Shown: positions 42,869 to 53,785, counted from the first letter of the stretch. The stretch: 64,000 bases of DNA from Chlamydiales bacterium (GCA_965206695.1 CBDBKM010000013.1:128001-192000); one strand, 5' to 3'. Made by a program: numbers and translations. The notes: generated from the letters alone by a model not told the origin.

Positions 42869-44407
42869 CTATCCGTTTAACTGCTGCTTAGCTAATAGCT
42901 CTATATAATGTGATTCTTCGAATGCAAAAATTCCTTGGACGAGGTAATTAAATCTATCTTCATATTGATCCGGATCTTCAATTTGGCCTGAAGAACCTTT
43001 TAAAGGATCCGGAGTAATAGTTTGAGGCGAGAGGGTATCCGATTTCAATTGCTGTTGAAATATCAACGTTAAGAGTTGATCCAGCGAAATTTTTTCAGGA
43101 AACAAACTACTTAGGTACGATTTTCCTTTAAAATCAAATACTCCCATTTTTGGATGACTAGGATTAATTAATCTTCGTTTTAAATGCACTAAATCGGCTA
43201 ATGGAGCCTTTATCTCTTCAAGAGATGTGTTATATTCCACAAATAATGTTAGATAGCTAAGAGATTCCTTATCTGCAATAGCTGTCATTTTGCTCTTTAA
43301 CACATTCGCTTTTGCTTTTACTTCATTCACTTTATCTTCTACATATAAAATTCTTGCAACAATAGGTTTTAAAGCAGCTAGAGGTTTTGCTGCAAATTGC
43401 GGAAAATCAGTTTTAATCTTTTCTAAAAAGGGAAGAAATTCTTCTAATTGATTGTCTTCAACACCTCGAATCCTGCATAATTGCTCTCTATATTTAGCGT
43501 CATCCTTAATTAAAACTAACTTTTCTTTTATTTTGTTAGCCGGATATTCATCATCATCAATAGATTTGCCATAACCAACTAATCCCGCGATACTCGTAGC
43601 AGCAGAAGAAATATTTTGACCCATTGCTGTTGCAATAAGACTTGGATTGCTTAGCACTCTTGTCAGATGTGGCAGGATATAAGAAACACATCCAAAAGGG
43701 CCTGCAAGCCCGGCTCCTGCCAACCATAGAGGAATAAGTAAAGCTTGAACTGAAATTTCTCCGCCTATTAAATGTGCAAAGGTTGAAAGCTGTAGAGCCG
43801 AACTATAATTAGTTAAACCATTAAGGATACCACCCTTCATCAACCAATTTTTAGTTGATGCACACTTAGCTGCAGCATTAATACGATCAGGTTCCGGGTA
43901 TAGTGTATTAAATCGATCTTTAGGAGTTGTTTTTTGTATTTTTAAATTTTCGATAAATTGTAGTGTTGGAGTTTCATATATTTGTCGTACTTGCTCATAA
44001 TTTAAATGATCTGTACAACCCGTGTACTTATCGATCCAATTACCGGCATGACTATAAAGAAATCCATTGTAATAACCCATTATACCGGCAGCGCTTAAGG
44101 CTAGTAGAGCATAAGGCAAGGCTTTCATTCCTTTCTGCCACAATGTAGTAGTTTCTTTTTGAAAAAGTTTTTGGGGCTTTAAGGGGAGGTGCTGATAAAG
44201 CACTGATGTCTCTTTTATTTGTTTAAGAGCGGCAGCGCTTTCTACTCTTCTTTCCTTTACAGAAGGGGTTAAAGAAGAATCAGGACCGGGATTAACAGCT
44301 TGATGATTTGCATATTTAGCTTTTATACTTGCTAAAGTGCTACTTTGTCTCTGTTCTTGAAGATTTCTTTCTTCAGGTGTTTGCAAAACGGGTAATACAG
44401 GCAACAT
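42869..44407 (-). CDS. Membrane-associated hypothetical protein, paralogue of 41390-42691
   Basis: Hydrophobic segments; LKPIVARI, LINPSHPKMGV. Confidence 0.75.
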   Translation of the reverse strand: MLPVLPVLQTPEERNLQEQRQSSTLASIKAKYANHQAVNPGPDSSLTPSVKERRVESAAALKQIKETSVLYQHLPLKPQKLFQKETTTLWQKGMKALPYALLALSAAGIMGYYNGFLYSHAGNWIDKYTGCTDHLNYEQVRQIYETPTLQFIENLKIQKTTPKDRFNTLYPEPDRINAAAKCASTKNWLMKGGILNGLTNYSSALQLSTFAHLIGGEISVQALLIPLWLAGAGLAGPFGCVSYILPHLTRVLSNPSLIATAMGQNISSAATSIAGLVGYGKSIDDDEYPANKIKEKLVLIKDDAKYREQLCRIRGVEDNQLEEFLPFLEKIKTDFPQFAAKPLAALKPIVARILYVEDKVNEVKAKANVLKSKMTAIADKESLSYLTLFVEYNTSLEEIKAPLADLVHLKRRLINPSHPKMGVFDFKGKSYLSSLFPEKISLDQLLTLIFQQQLKSDTLSPQTITPDPLKGSSGQIEDPDQYEDRFNYLVQGIFAFEESHYIELLAKQQLNG

Positions 44408-44638
44408 TTTTTAAATTAGTTTTATATGTTTAATGTTTCTTTTATAACTTAATCATTAAATTAATTATAAATAATAGCTGATTAAAACAAAAGTTATTTT
44501 ATTAAGCAAAAATAAAATAAAAACATTTTTAATGCGCTGTTCTAATGATAAAAAAAACTTAAAAACTGTTTTATATTGCAATAAATTCATTTTTTCAGTT
44601 ATAATTTTGCCTTAATATGAATTATTAAACGGAATGTC

Positions 44639-45806
44639 CTTAGTACAGGACATTTTTCAAGACACCTCTATTTTATGATTAATAATCAGCAAGTTAAGGT
44701 AATTAACACACTCCTCAAGTTTCTCTCTAACTCTTAAAAATATTGCTCGCAGCTCATCAAATCCATACCTAAAAATACTCTTTGCCTTACGACCATGAGA
44801 TTTTATTTTGATCGGAGTATTTTTTTCCTTAGCCTCTCCTACGCGATGACTCCGGCAAAATGCTATTGCAAAAACGAAAACAAGTTTTTCTATTCCGGAA
44901 ATATGTATGAGGTGTGTGTCTTCAAAGCAAAACCCCCTTTTCTTCAAACATCCAAAGAATGTCTCAATCTCCCACCTTTTACGATAGACCTTGAAGGGGT
45001 TGTAAAAATTCCGATTGGAGATAATTGTAACAAGCTCATCTTTCTTGTAAGACCATCTTGTGCTTAGATAAATACTTCTTCCCCCACAAGACAGTTTTTG
45101 CATTTTTAAGTGTCTTGCCAAGGGGTAATCTTTTAAAAAAGATATTTATTGGCAACACTCCCTCCGGTAAACTGTTGTTACGAACACGAAAAAGAAAGGG
45201 AATTTCTTGCTCATCTAGCCACTGAATCCACTCTGATCCAACAAACTCTCTATCTCCAAGGAGAGAGTCAATGTTTCCGGCTCCAATAAGAAGGAGAATA
45301 CGTTTTATCAACTCGATTCGTTCTAAAGTATTGGAATTTCCTCTTTTTTGTAGAAGACTCCACATCAAAGGAAGAGCAATTCCCTTATAGGCTACTGTAA
45401 GCATAAGAATGTTAATGTCTATTTTCCCAAACTTCCGGTTCGTTCGATCAAGAGCCAATTTCAGTTTTTTATTTTTTAGATCAAAAAGGGTGATTACCAT
45501 AGAAGCAAGGGCAAAAGGATCAAATTTTAGAAATCTAAAGAATCTCTGAATGCGTTTGTAGCATAACTTCGGAAGAGACTGCGTGATAAAAGAGGTTGCA
45601 AGATGTGCGAAATTCACAGTCTTAACAGTGATCATTGCTATCACAAGCTGAGCAAGGCAATCAGCACGAGCCTTGTGAAAATTGAAGTATCGGTTTAAGA
45701 TCCCGGATAACTCATTGATATGCATGTTAAAATCTCATTTTTTTCAAAAAAGATTACTGCATATCAGCGAGTTACTTCAATCTCATTTTTTTTGTCCTGT
45801 ACTAAG
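44639..45806 (-). mobile_element. IS4 family element, frameshifted transposase (45725-44657)
   Basis: TIR CTTAGTACAGGACA / TGTCCTGTACTAAG; LALDRTN, GDREFVG, YRKRWEIETFF..LK (YREK). Confidence 0.9.
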
Positions 45807-46242
45807 CGGTTCGATTGAACGGTTATCCTTTCTATAACATTTACCGTTCTAATGCGTATCCAATGCTCTTTCGGAAAAATCGAAAAAATATTCATCCTTC
45901 TATAAAATTGCCCTTTAACCAACCACAAAATTGCGATGCTTTATCTTGAAAACAATCTATCATCTTATTTAAGACCTCTGCATAACTTATTGATTTAGTC
46001 GTCGATTTATCAAAAATATATTTATAATGTCTTTAACTTACATCTGAAGGTTCGATTATGATTAAAAATGTAAGTTATGCAGAGGTCTTTATTTAAACGT
46101 GCAGTAGCTTCTTCTTCCTTACTAATGGATTGATATATTTCTCGTACTCCTTGGTAGATTTCCTTGCGCATAGAAGCATTTTGGGTTAAATGAAATAAAC
46201 AACGCTGCCATTTTACTAATGGAAGTACTATCCTTAAAGCAG
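45807..46242 (-). mobile_element. IS256 family transposase relic
   Basis: WQRCLFHL and HWIRIRTVNVIER motifs. Confidence 0.75.
45971..46089. repeat. Palindromic MITE inserted in the IS256 relic
   Basis: AAGACCTCTGCATAACTTA ... TAAGTTATGCAGAGGTCTT perfect inverted ends. Confidence 0.85.
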
Positions 46243-46375
46243 CTTATCAAGAACTGAGGAAGGTGCTTCATCCCGATAGAGTTGCCGATGACGGAATTTA
46301 TGACCGGCTAGCCGGAGGGGGCCGAATACAAAGTAAATAGTGACATTGCTACAGCAGCCCATCAAGTATTTAAAC
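46240..46375 (+). pseudogene. Fragment paralogous to the J-domain end of 48600-49451
   Basis: AYQELRKVLHPDRV; nucleotide match to 49271-49420. Confidence 0.8.
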
Positions 46376-46384
46376 ATTATTTAT

Positions 46385-48300
46385 ACCCAAGTTCGATGTA
46401 ACTAAATATTTAATTTAGAGAATCCATAGGCCAAAACAAAACCTATAACTTTAATCATAAAACCTCTAGATGTAACGGCTTTGATAGCTCTTGGCATAAG
46501 CTGAGTGATTAAGCTAATAGAGGTTTCTATAGATTTTCCGACTCTCTTAAGGATTCCATAATCCTGAAATAATAGCCTTTCCTTAGAGTTGTTTCTTTTT
46601 TCTGTAATGAGTTCAATCTGATCTTGTTCCAATTCCGCTTTATATGAATGACTTAAATAAGCAGCATCTCCCGCTAATTGAGAGTTTTTAGGGAGAGAAT
46701 TGAGAGAACTTTTCCTTAAAATTTTTAAATCGTGCCAAGAGGCGGGAGCCGGATTTAAAGATACGGGCCTACCATACTCACAAGTGATTAATGATGCTTT
46801 ATAACCATAAAAATATTCCTTTTTGCTTGCATTGAAGCCATGATATTCTTTTCCTTTAATTAGCTTAGAACGACATATACGAACGTTTTTGCAGACTTGA
46901 ACAGGAAATGAATCCACGATAAAACATTGATGCGATTTAAGAGGCGCGTAACGCCTCATAAATCGCATAAAACGTTCCCAAACGGATAAAGGTATTTGAT
47001 GGATTCTTTCGTTCAATCGGTTAATACTAAGCATATCAGGCATATAACCATGTTCCAACAGGAAGCTTCCGGCTTGAGTAGTATTGCCTCCAAAAAACCG
47101 AGTAGCAACAATTAAAGAAGTCATGACTTCTGAGTCTTTCATTTTTTTATTGTGCCATGCTATATAGTATTTTAATTTTTATTTGATAATATGTTATCCT
47201 TTTTTTTTTATACAAACAGTAAGGACAAAACAATGCCTAGAGCCTATTCAGTAGATCTTCGAGAGAAAGTATTACAACATATAGAAAAACATCATGATAA
47301 AAAAACAGCCGGCCATATTTTTCAAGTAGGTATCGCAACAATATATCGATGGATCTTGCAAAAAAAGCAAAAAGGACATTTAAAGCCAATCCGCAGAAAA
47401 TATGCTTATAAGAAATTAGATGATGAGTTGTTATCTAAATATGTAGAAAAACATCCGGATTATTTTTTATCGGAAATTGCTGATTATTTTTCAGTCACTC
47501 CGCAAACGATTTTTTATGCCCTTAAAAGATTAAAAATTACACGAAAAAAAAAACTACTCGCTATAAGGAAAGAGATGAAAAGAAACGGGAAGCTTTTATG
47601 AAAGATTTAAAAAATATTCCCTTTGACAAGAGAATTTATCTCGATGAAACCGGGATTCATCAATTTTTATTTCGTGAGTCCGGAAGAAGCTTACGCGGCA
47701 AAAAAGTTTTTGGAGCGGTTTCAGGAAACCGCTTTATAAGGCAAAATATTATTTCAGCCCTATCTAAAGGGCAGTTTTTATCTCCAATGTGTTTTGAAGG
47801 TACTTGTAATACCGGGTTATTCAATATTTGGCTTAAGGAAGTTTTGACTCCTCAGCTTACACCCGGTAGTGTTCTTATTCTTGACAATGCCGGTTTTCAC
47901 AAGTCAGCGGAAAGCAGGAAAATAGTAGAATCTGCCGGTTGTAAGCTTATGTTTCTTCCTCCATATTCTCCGGACTTAAATCCTATAGAAAAATATTGGG
48001 CTAATATGAAAAATAAAGTTAAAGAGATATTACGAAAAGTTACGAATTTTAAATTCGCCATTGATCAAGCAATCTTATCAATGTAAAATTAAATGACTAT
48101 AGTGTTTAATTCGTTTAAATAGTCATCACAAATACAATAGATGGCGCATATTTCAAGCTTCATGGCTTCCTCCTTTCAGTTTACCTGTTTCGTGAAAAAC
48201 AACTATTCTGAAGGAAGAAGCCTTTTTCTTTTATATCTTTTTCAAATAGTTAATTGAATATCGCAAGTGTTATTATGAGTTAGTTACATCGAACTTGTGT
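46385..48300 (-). mobile_element. IS982 family element (transposase 48163-46402) interrupted by IS630-A
   Basis: TIR ACCCAAGTTCGATGTAACTAA / TTAGTTACATCGAACTTGTGT; removing the IS630 restores MKLEICAIYCICDD..NTIAWHNKKMKDSEV. Confidence 0.92.
47165..48099 (+). mobile_element. IS630 family A, copy 5
   Basis: Near-identical to the other copies; TA duplication. Confidence 0.95.
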
Positions 48301-48599
48301 GAGAAAATTATTTTTAATGCGCCACTATAATAAAAAAACAAGAAGTTTTATACTTGTAATAAATCCACTTTTTTAGTTATCCTGTTTTTAATATATAAGT
48401 TAAATTTAACAAGATTGCATAATGTCAAAAAAAGTTTATAAACAAACCCGATATCGGAATTCGGGTAATACTCTTGCTATACATCTATTTTTGCTTCTAC
48501 AGACTTCAGTGATCGAGCACATCATTTATTAACCCAACCGGGAAAGAAGAAAAATCAGCTTATCAAGCATTTAAATATTTTATTATCATGGAGTAAAGG

Positions 48600-49451
48600 A
48601 TGTCATATAGTTACCATACTGATTCAACACCAAAAACAACCTACTTAAATCTAAATTTAGGATGGAGTGTCCTAGGCATAGGGATTTTCGGCTACCAGGC
48701 TATAAAAAATGCAACTCAAACACTTTTTGGAAGTGATACCCTTAATACACGTTATACTTATTTACAAAAAGCCTGGCAAGGTGATGATAATACCGTTTCC
48801 GAGCGCTACGATAATCTTGCTAAAATGATATTCGGTTCTTCAGGATTTACTGAACGAAAAGATAGCTTGTTAAGAGCATCAGTTGCCGGGACTGTCACTT
48901 TGCTTTTAGGCTATGACCTCTATTCTACTATCATCAATGCCCGTGCAGATGAATCTACTCTAACTGATAAGAAAAACGGTATATGCGAATATGACCCTAA
49001 ATCCCATGCAGTACCGACATTTGAAAAAGGTACTCCCCGGTGGATTTTAGAGTCTCAGAGAATTTTAGATTTAGTAGGGTCGGGAGTGGATAAAAATACC
49101 TCTAAGATTCACTATGCAGATATAGATATTGGTTTTGACTCTGTTACTTGCGCTCAATCTACTTATTTGATACGGGTTGCGCCGAAAGTAGCTTGTCCGC
49201 GTGGTTACCAACTCGTAAAAGACATTCTCGATCTATCATCTGTTACCCCGACTACAGCAGAAGGAAAAACAGCTTATAACAAACTGGCGAAGGTGCTTCA
49301 TCCCGATAAAGTTTCCAATGACGTAACTAATGACTGGCTAACAAAAATGAAAGCCGGAGGCGAGTACAAAGTAAATCGTGAAATTACTACAGAAGCCTTT
49401 CAAATTGTTACAGCAGCCCGTAAAGCCTTGCAAGTTTTTAATGCCTGTTAA
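48600..49451 (+). CDS. Membrane protein with C-terminal J-domain-like region
   Basis: Two hydrophobic segments; KTAYNKLAKVLHPDK ... EAFQIVTAA. Confidence 0.75.
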   Translation: MSYSYHTDSTPKTTYLNLNLGWSVLGIGIFGYQAIKNATQTLFGSDTLNTRYTYLQKAWQGDDNTVSERYDNLAKMIFGSSGFTERKDSLLRASVAGTVTLLLGYDLYSTIINARADESTLTDKKNGICEYDPKSHAVPTFEKGTPRWILESQRILDLVGSGVDKNTSKIHYADIDIGFDSVTCAQSTYLIRVAPKVACPRGYQLVKDILDLSSVTPTTAEGKTAYNKLAKVLHPDKVSNDVTNDWLTKMKAGGEYKVNREITTEAFQIVTAARKALQVFNAC

Positions 49452-49609
49452 TCCAAGGAATTCATTTTACGCAAAATCAAGTAGCATGTCATTTTTCCGG
49501 TTCATAAAAGGTTACCCGGTTTGCCTTGATTAACAATTTATATTTAAGAGTAAGATAATTTAAGCGGGTCTTAATGTTGAACAATTCCGGCTTGCAATAA
49601 GCAACAAGT

Positions 49610-49663
49610 AGACGCTGTCATCCCAATGCTAAAGCAAAGGGTTTTCTCGCTTGATTGTCATAA
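49610..49663 (-). mobile_element. IS200/IS605 left end remnant
   Basis: Matches 27867-27920. Confidence 0.65.
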
Positions 49664-49704
49664 CCCTAACCCCAATGAAGTATCGCGTATTAAGTCATTG
49701 CTTT

Positions 49705-51030
49705 TTAATTTAATAAAATCTCTGTCCTTTCTAAACAGATAATTTTGTCATTATTAATAACATAAACCTTTTCCGGGTGTAGTTTTTCTGATAATTGTTT
49801 TAAATTATCATGTTGTAAAACAATAAAATCAACTTCTACTAAAGAAGCTAACAGTTCAATAAATTCAGGATCGGTTTTAGTATCTTGAATATAAATAATC
49901 AACTTGTGATTGAGAAATTCAGAAGCTAGCTTTTTGATATTTTTGATAATTGATGACATCTGTTTAAAATCTGCTCGAATCCCTAAAAGGATAAAAGGTT
50001 GATTTTGCAATACGGCTTGCAACACTAAAAGGTATTCTTCTTCAAATACTTTATTATGACAGTCGCTTTCTAATAATCTGTTAGCTAAATCAGCTAAGGA
50101 AACGCGCGCACAACCGAGGTGCTCAACAGCTATTCCCGCAGCAAAATTGGCTAATTTTGCTGCTTCATCAACACTTAAGCTGTTGGCTATAGCCATAGCA
50201 ATAACAGCTAAAACGGTATCCCCTGCTCCTGTAACATCATTGACTTCTCTAACTTTAACAGGAAAATCTTGACGATTATTTTTTTTGTCAAATACTGTGA
50301 TACCTTGATGAGAACGAGTAATTAAAAGTGAGGAAACTTGTGTCTGAGAAATAATTTTTTTAGCTACATTTTCTAACGGTTCATATTCTTCTAAGGTTGC
50401 CGCTTTATATGCTTCGCTTACATTAGGCTTAATGATCGTAGCCCCATTGTACTTAGAAAAATCAGTCCCTTTAGGATCAACAATAACAGGAATCCTTTTG
50501 CTTTTAGCAATTTTAAATATAGCAGATAAAAAAGAAGGGGTTAAAAATCCTTTTCCATAATCAGAGATGGCTATGACTTGTATCGACTCCAATAATAGAG
50601 GTAAATTTTCTATCAATCGCTGCTCTAATGTCTCTGATAAGGGAGCAATTTTTTCAAAATCAATTCTGACTATGTGTTGATTTTCAGCAATTATACGGTT
50701 TTTAACCGGAGTCTCAAATCCTCTTTGTTTATAAAAGCCTCTTAAATCGATATTCTCTTTTGATAAAGCTGATTTCAACTCTTTACCCGCATCATCCCAA
50801 CCAAGTCGACCAATAATTCGTATATAAGCTCCTAATGAGGCCAGATTCAAAACGACATTTCCGGCCCCCCCGGGTAATACATGTTGTTTGACAACATTAA
50901 GAACTGCAACCGGCGCTTCCGGTGAAATGCGCTTAACTCTACCTTCGGTATAAGTATCCAACATAAAATCACCGATAACCATGATTCTAGAATTAGAAAA
51001 TTTACTGAAAACTTGTCCTAAGGCATTCAT
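49705..51030 (-). CDS. hldE: Heptose-7-phosphate kinase (HldE/RfaE kinase domain, divergent C-terminal domain)
   Basis: IGDFMLD, RISPEAPV, GGAGNV, SDYGKG, VDPKG, DVTGAGDT. Confidence 0.92.
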   Translation of the reverse strand: MNALGQVFSKFSNSRIMVIGDFMLDTYTEGRVKRISPEAPVAVLNVVKQHVLPGGAGNVVLNLASLGAYIRIIGRLGWDDAGKELKSALSKENIDLRGFYKQRGFETPVKNRIIAENQHIVRIDFEKIAPLSETLEQRLIENLPLLLESIQVIAISDYGKGFLTPSFLSAIFKIAKSKRIPVIVDPKGTDFSKYNGATIIKPNVSEAYKAATLEEYEPLENVAKKIISQTQVSSLLITRSHQGITVFDKKNNRQDFPVKVREVNDVTGAGDTVLAVIAMAIANSLSVDEAAKLANFAAGIAVEHLGCARVSLADLANRLLESDCHNKVFEEEYLLVLQAVLQNQPFILLGIRADFKQMSSIIKNIKKLASEFLNHKLIIYIQDTKTDPEFIELLASLVEVDFIVLQHDNLKQLSEKLHPEKVYVINNDKIICLERTEILLN

Positions 51031-51043
51031 TTATACGGTCTCT

Positions 51044-52033
51044 CTAATAGCTCCGGTTGGTTAGAAGGTAATTGCTAACATAATCTTTTACAGCATCGGT
51101 TAAAGACGTTACATGAAAATTTGTTAAACAATTTTTCAATTTCTCTACATCTGCACAGGTATAATTTTGATAATTACCCGATAGATCTTGTGGCATATTG
51201 ATGTATGAAATATTCGTAGGTTTTTTAATCGCATTAAACATTGCAGTTGCTACTTGATTCCATGTTTGAGGCTTTCCTGTACCAACATTATAAATTCCGG
51301 ATGCATCATTATTTAAAAACTCATAAACAATTTTTGCTATGTCCAATACATAGATAAAATCACGACACTGCTCTCCATCTCTATAAACCGGAGGTTCATT
51401 GGACTTAAACAGCTTAACGCATCCATCATTTAAAGCTTGAGGCAACAGGTTATAAACCACTGAAGCCATTCGTTTTTTATGTGATTCATTTGGCCCGAAA
51501 ACATTAAAAAATTTTAATCCGACGATTTTGTTTAAAACGCCTTGTCCTTTAGCCCATAAATCAAAAAGATGCTTAGAAAATCCATAAGGATTTAAAGGCC
51601 TTAAATCTTCTAGTTGATCATGATTATCTACAAAGCCCTGTTGACCGTCACCATACGTTGCGGCTGAAGAAGCATAAATAAAACGATGATTATGCTTTAA
51701 AGCATATTCAGCTAAATGCACCGTATAACGATAATTATTTTGCATCAAAAAATTAACATCGAACTCCAAAGTGCTAGAGCAAGCTCCCATATGAATAATG
51801 GCTTGGATATCGTTATTTCGCCCGGGAGTATTTAACCAGGGTAATAATTCATCTTTTTGGAGGTAATCGACAAATTGTTTTCCAACTAAATTCTTCCATT
51901 CGTCACCGCGCTCTAGGTGATCTACCACAATGATATTAGACAAGCCACGATCATTTACGTATTTTAATATACAAGAACCTATAAAACCGGCGCCACCGGT
52001 TAATATGATTAGTTTTTCATTTAATTGTTTCAT
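51044..52033 (-). CDS. hldD: ADP-L-glycero-D-manno-heptose 6-epimerase
   Basis: TGGAGFIGS, HMGACSST, YASSAATYG, PLNPYGFSK, FFNVFGPNE.HK. Confidence 0.95.
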   Translation of the reverse strand: MKQLNEKLIILTGGAGFIGSCILKYVNDRGLSNIIVVDHLERGDEWKNLVGKQFVDYLQKDELLPWLNTPGRNNDIQAIIHMGACSSTLEFDVNFLMQNNYRYTVHLAEYALKHNHRFIYASSAATYGDGQQGFVDNHDQLEDLRPLNPYGFSKHLFDLWAKGQGVLNKIVGLKFFNVFGPNESHKKRMASVVYNLLPQALNDGCVKLFKSNEPPVYRDGEQCRDFIYVLDIAKIVYEFLNNDASGIYNVGTGKPQTWNQVATAMFNAIKKPTNISYINMPQDLSGNYQNYTCADVEKLKNCLTNFHVTSLTDAVKDYVSNYLLTNRSY

Positions 52034-52877
52034 AAAGACTTGTGTGCTCGGGTTGAAACCATGTATGTTTTAATCGATTCAATGGCGTTACTCTAAAGAT
52101 TTTATGATCAGGTATTGTAGGAAAGAGAGCATCGCCAATACAAATAAAAGCAGTTCCACTTCCTGTCATAACAACATGCTCAAAACCGGCTTCTAGAAGC
52201 TTATTTCTTAACTCAATTAGACCGGGCATTATTTTAAAAGCAGGTTTTTCAAGATCGTTGATATATTCAGGAGTCTTATTTAAAAAAACCTTTAAAAGAT
52301 CTATTGGAGAGCGCGAGGATGTGTTTTTCAAATCAAGTTCCGAATAAATCAATTTAGTAGATAAACCTTCTTGTGGTTTAACCAACCAAAAACTCTTTCT
52401 TTCAGGAAGAGTGACTTCTAAAAGCTTTTCTCCTTTACCCGTGCAAAAGGCTGTACCATGAGATAAGAAAAAGGTTATATCTGATCCAATAGAAGCTGTC
52501 CATAGCTTCAAATCCTCTAAAGAAGCAGGCGAACCAAAGAGGTCGTTTAAGCCCCAGAGGATGGTTGCCGCATTACTGCTTCCTCCACCGAGCCCCGCTC
52601 CTATGGGGATTTTTTTATCCAGCTTAATGCTAACCGGGTCTAAAAGCTTTGTTTTTTTTCTAAACAAGAAGAGAGCTTGAATAATCAAATTTGAGTTATC
52701 TAATCCAAGAGTTGAATCACTACATTGAAATTCGTCTTTAGGACTTAAAAAAAGCTCAATATCATCTCCTAAATCTATCGCCTGAAAAAGAGAAGCCAAT
52801 TCATGATATCCATCTTTTCTTAAGTCTGATATTCGTAAAAAAAAGTTCACTTTGGCAGGAGAAAATAATTTTAACAT
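52017..52877 (-). CDS. ispE: 4-diphosphocytidyl-2-C-methyl-D-erythritol kinase
   Basis: SPAKVN, KKIPIGAGLGGGSSNAA, MTGSG. Confidence 0.95.
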   Translation of the reverse strand: MLKLFSPAKVNFFLRISDLRKDGYHELASLFQAIDLGDDIELFLSPKDEFQCSDSTLGLDNSNLIIQALFLFRKKTKLLDPVSIKLDKKIPIGAGLGGGSSNAATILWGLNDLFGSPASLEDLKLWTASIGSDITFFLSHGTAFCTGKGEKLLEVTLPERKSFWLVKPQEGLSTKLIYSELDLKNTSSRSPIDLLKVFLNKTPEYINDLEKPAFKIMPGLIELRNKLLEAGFEHVVMTGSGTAFICIGDALFPTIPDHKIFRVTPLNRLKHTWFQPEHTSLYETIK

Positions 52878-52914
52878 CGATAGCTCTTTATCTGCCGATT
52901 TAATTTTAAAAGTT

Positions 52915-53466
52915 TTATTCTTCTTTTTCTTGCTCTTCAGCAACTTGCTGTTCTGTCGCTTCTAACTCTTTTGCTTCTTCAAGTGTTGCAGCTTTTTGCT
53001 CAGAAACTTTAACTCCAACCTCAGAGTTAACATGAAGGAAAAAAGATGCCTCAACTTCTTCTTTGAGTTTCAGATTTATCTTGTATTCGCCGGTAGTTTT
53101 TATAGGATGAGGCAATTGTACTGATTTGCGTGAACAAAAGAGATTTTTCTCTGCCAGAAGCTTTACAATTTCTGTAGATGTAACAGACCCATACATGTGA
53201 CCGTCAGGATCGACTTTAACTTCAATTGCAAGCACTATATCTTGTACTTTTTCAGCAAAAGCTTCAGATTCATCTTTGTCAATTACAGCTTGCTTGGATC
53301 TCTCTTCTTGCAAGCGCAATTGCATTTTTATAATGCCTTTATTAGCTAAAAGAGCTTTACTTTGCGGGAGTAGATAATTACGAGCATAGCCCGGTTTTAC
53401 TGTTACAATATCACCTTTTTGGCCCACATTTTCCACATCTTCTAATAATAACAATTTATTTGTCAT
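52915..53466 (-). CDS. rplI: 50S ribosomal protein L9
   Basis: VKPGYARNYLLP, MYGSVT. Confidence 0.97.
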   Translation of the reverse strand: MTNKLLLLEDVENVGQKGDIVTVKPGYARNYLLPQSKALLANKGIIKMQLRLQEERSKQAVIDKDESEAFAEKVQDIVLAIEVKVDPDGHMYGSVTSTEIVKLLAEKNLFCSRKSVQLPHPIKTTGEYKINLKLKEEVEASFFLHVNSEVGVKVSEQKAATLEEAKELEATEQQVAEEQEKEE

Positions 53467-53537
53467 GTTAACTCCCAATCACTTAAGGATTACCTTAGTG
53501 CCTTAATTCTTTTTATTTCGGATTTTGCTTCTATTGA

Positions 53538-53780
53538 TTAATCTTTAGCTGCAAAAGGTAATAGAGCCATATGCCGAGCTCTTTTTATCGCTTCAGCAAG
53601 TTGCTTTTGGTGATATGCCGATACGCCGGTAATTCGACGAGGTAAAATTTTCCCTCTTTCTGTAACGAATCTTGAAAGGGTATCTATATCTTTATAATCT
53701 ATTTCTTTAACTCCGGCGGCTTTAAAGGGACAAGATTTTTTCTTTCTTCTAGAACGTCTGAATTTTGTAGTAGTTGTCAT
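53538..53780 (-). CDS. rpsR: 30S ribosomal protein S18
   Basis: [23 protein letters not shown]. Confidence 0.98.
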   Translation of the reverse strand: MTTTTKFRRSRRKKKSCPFKAAGVKEIDYKDIDTLSRFVTERGKILPRRITGVSAYHQKQLAEAIKRARHMALLPFAAKD

Positions 53781-53785
53781 ACAAA

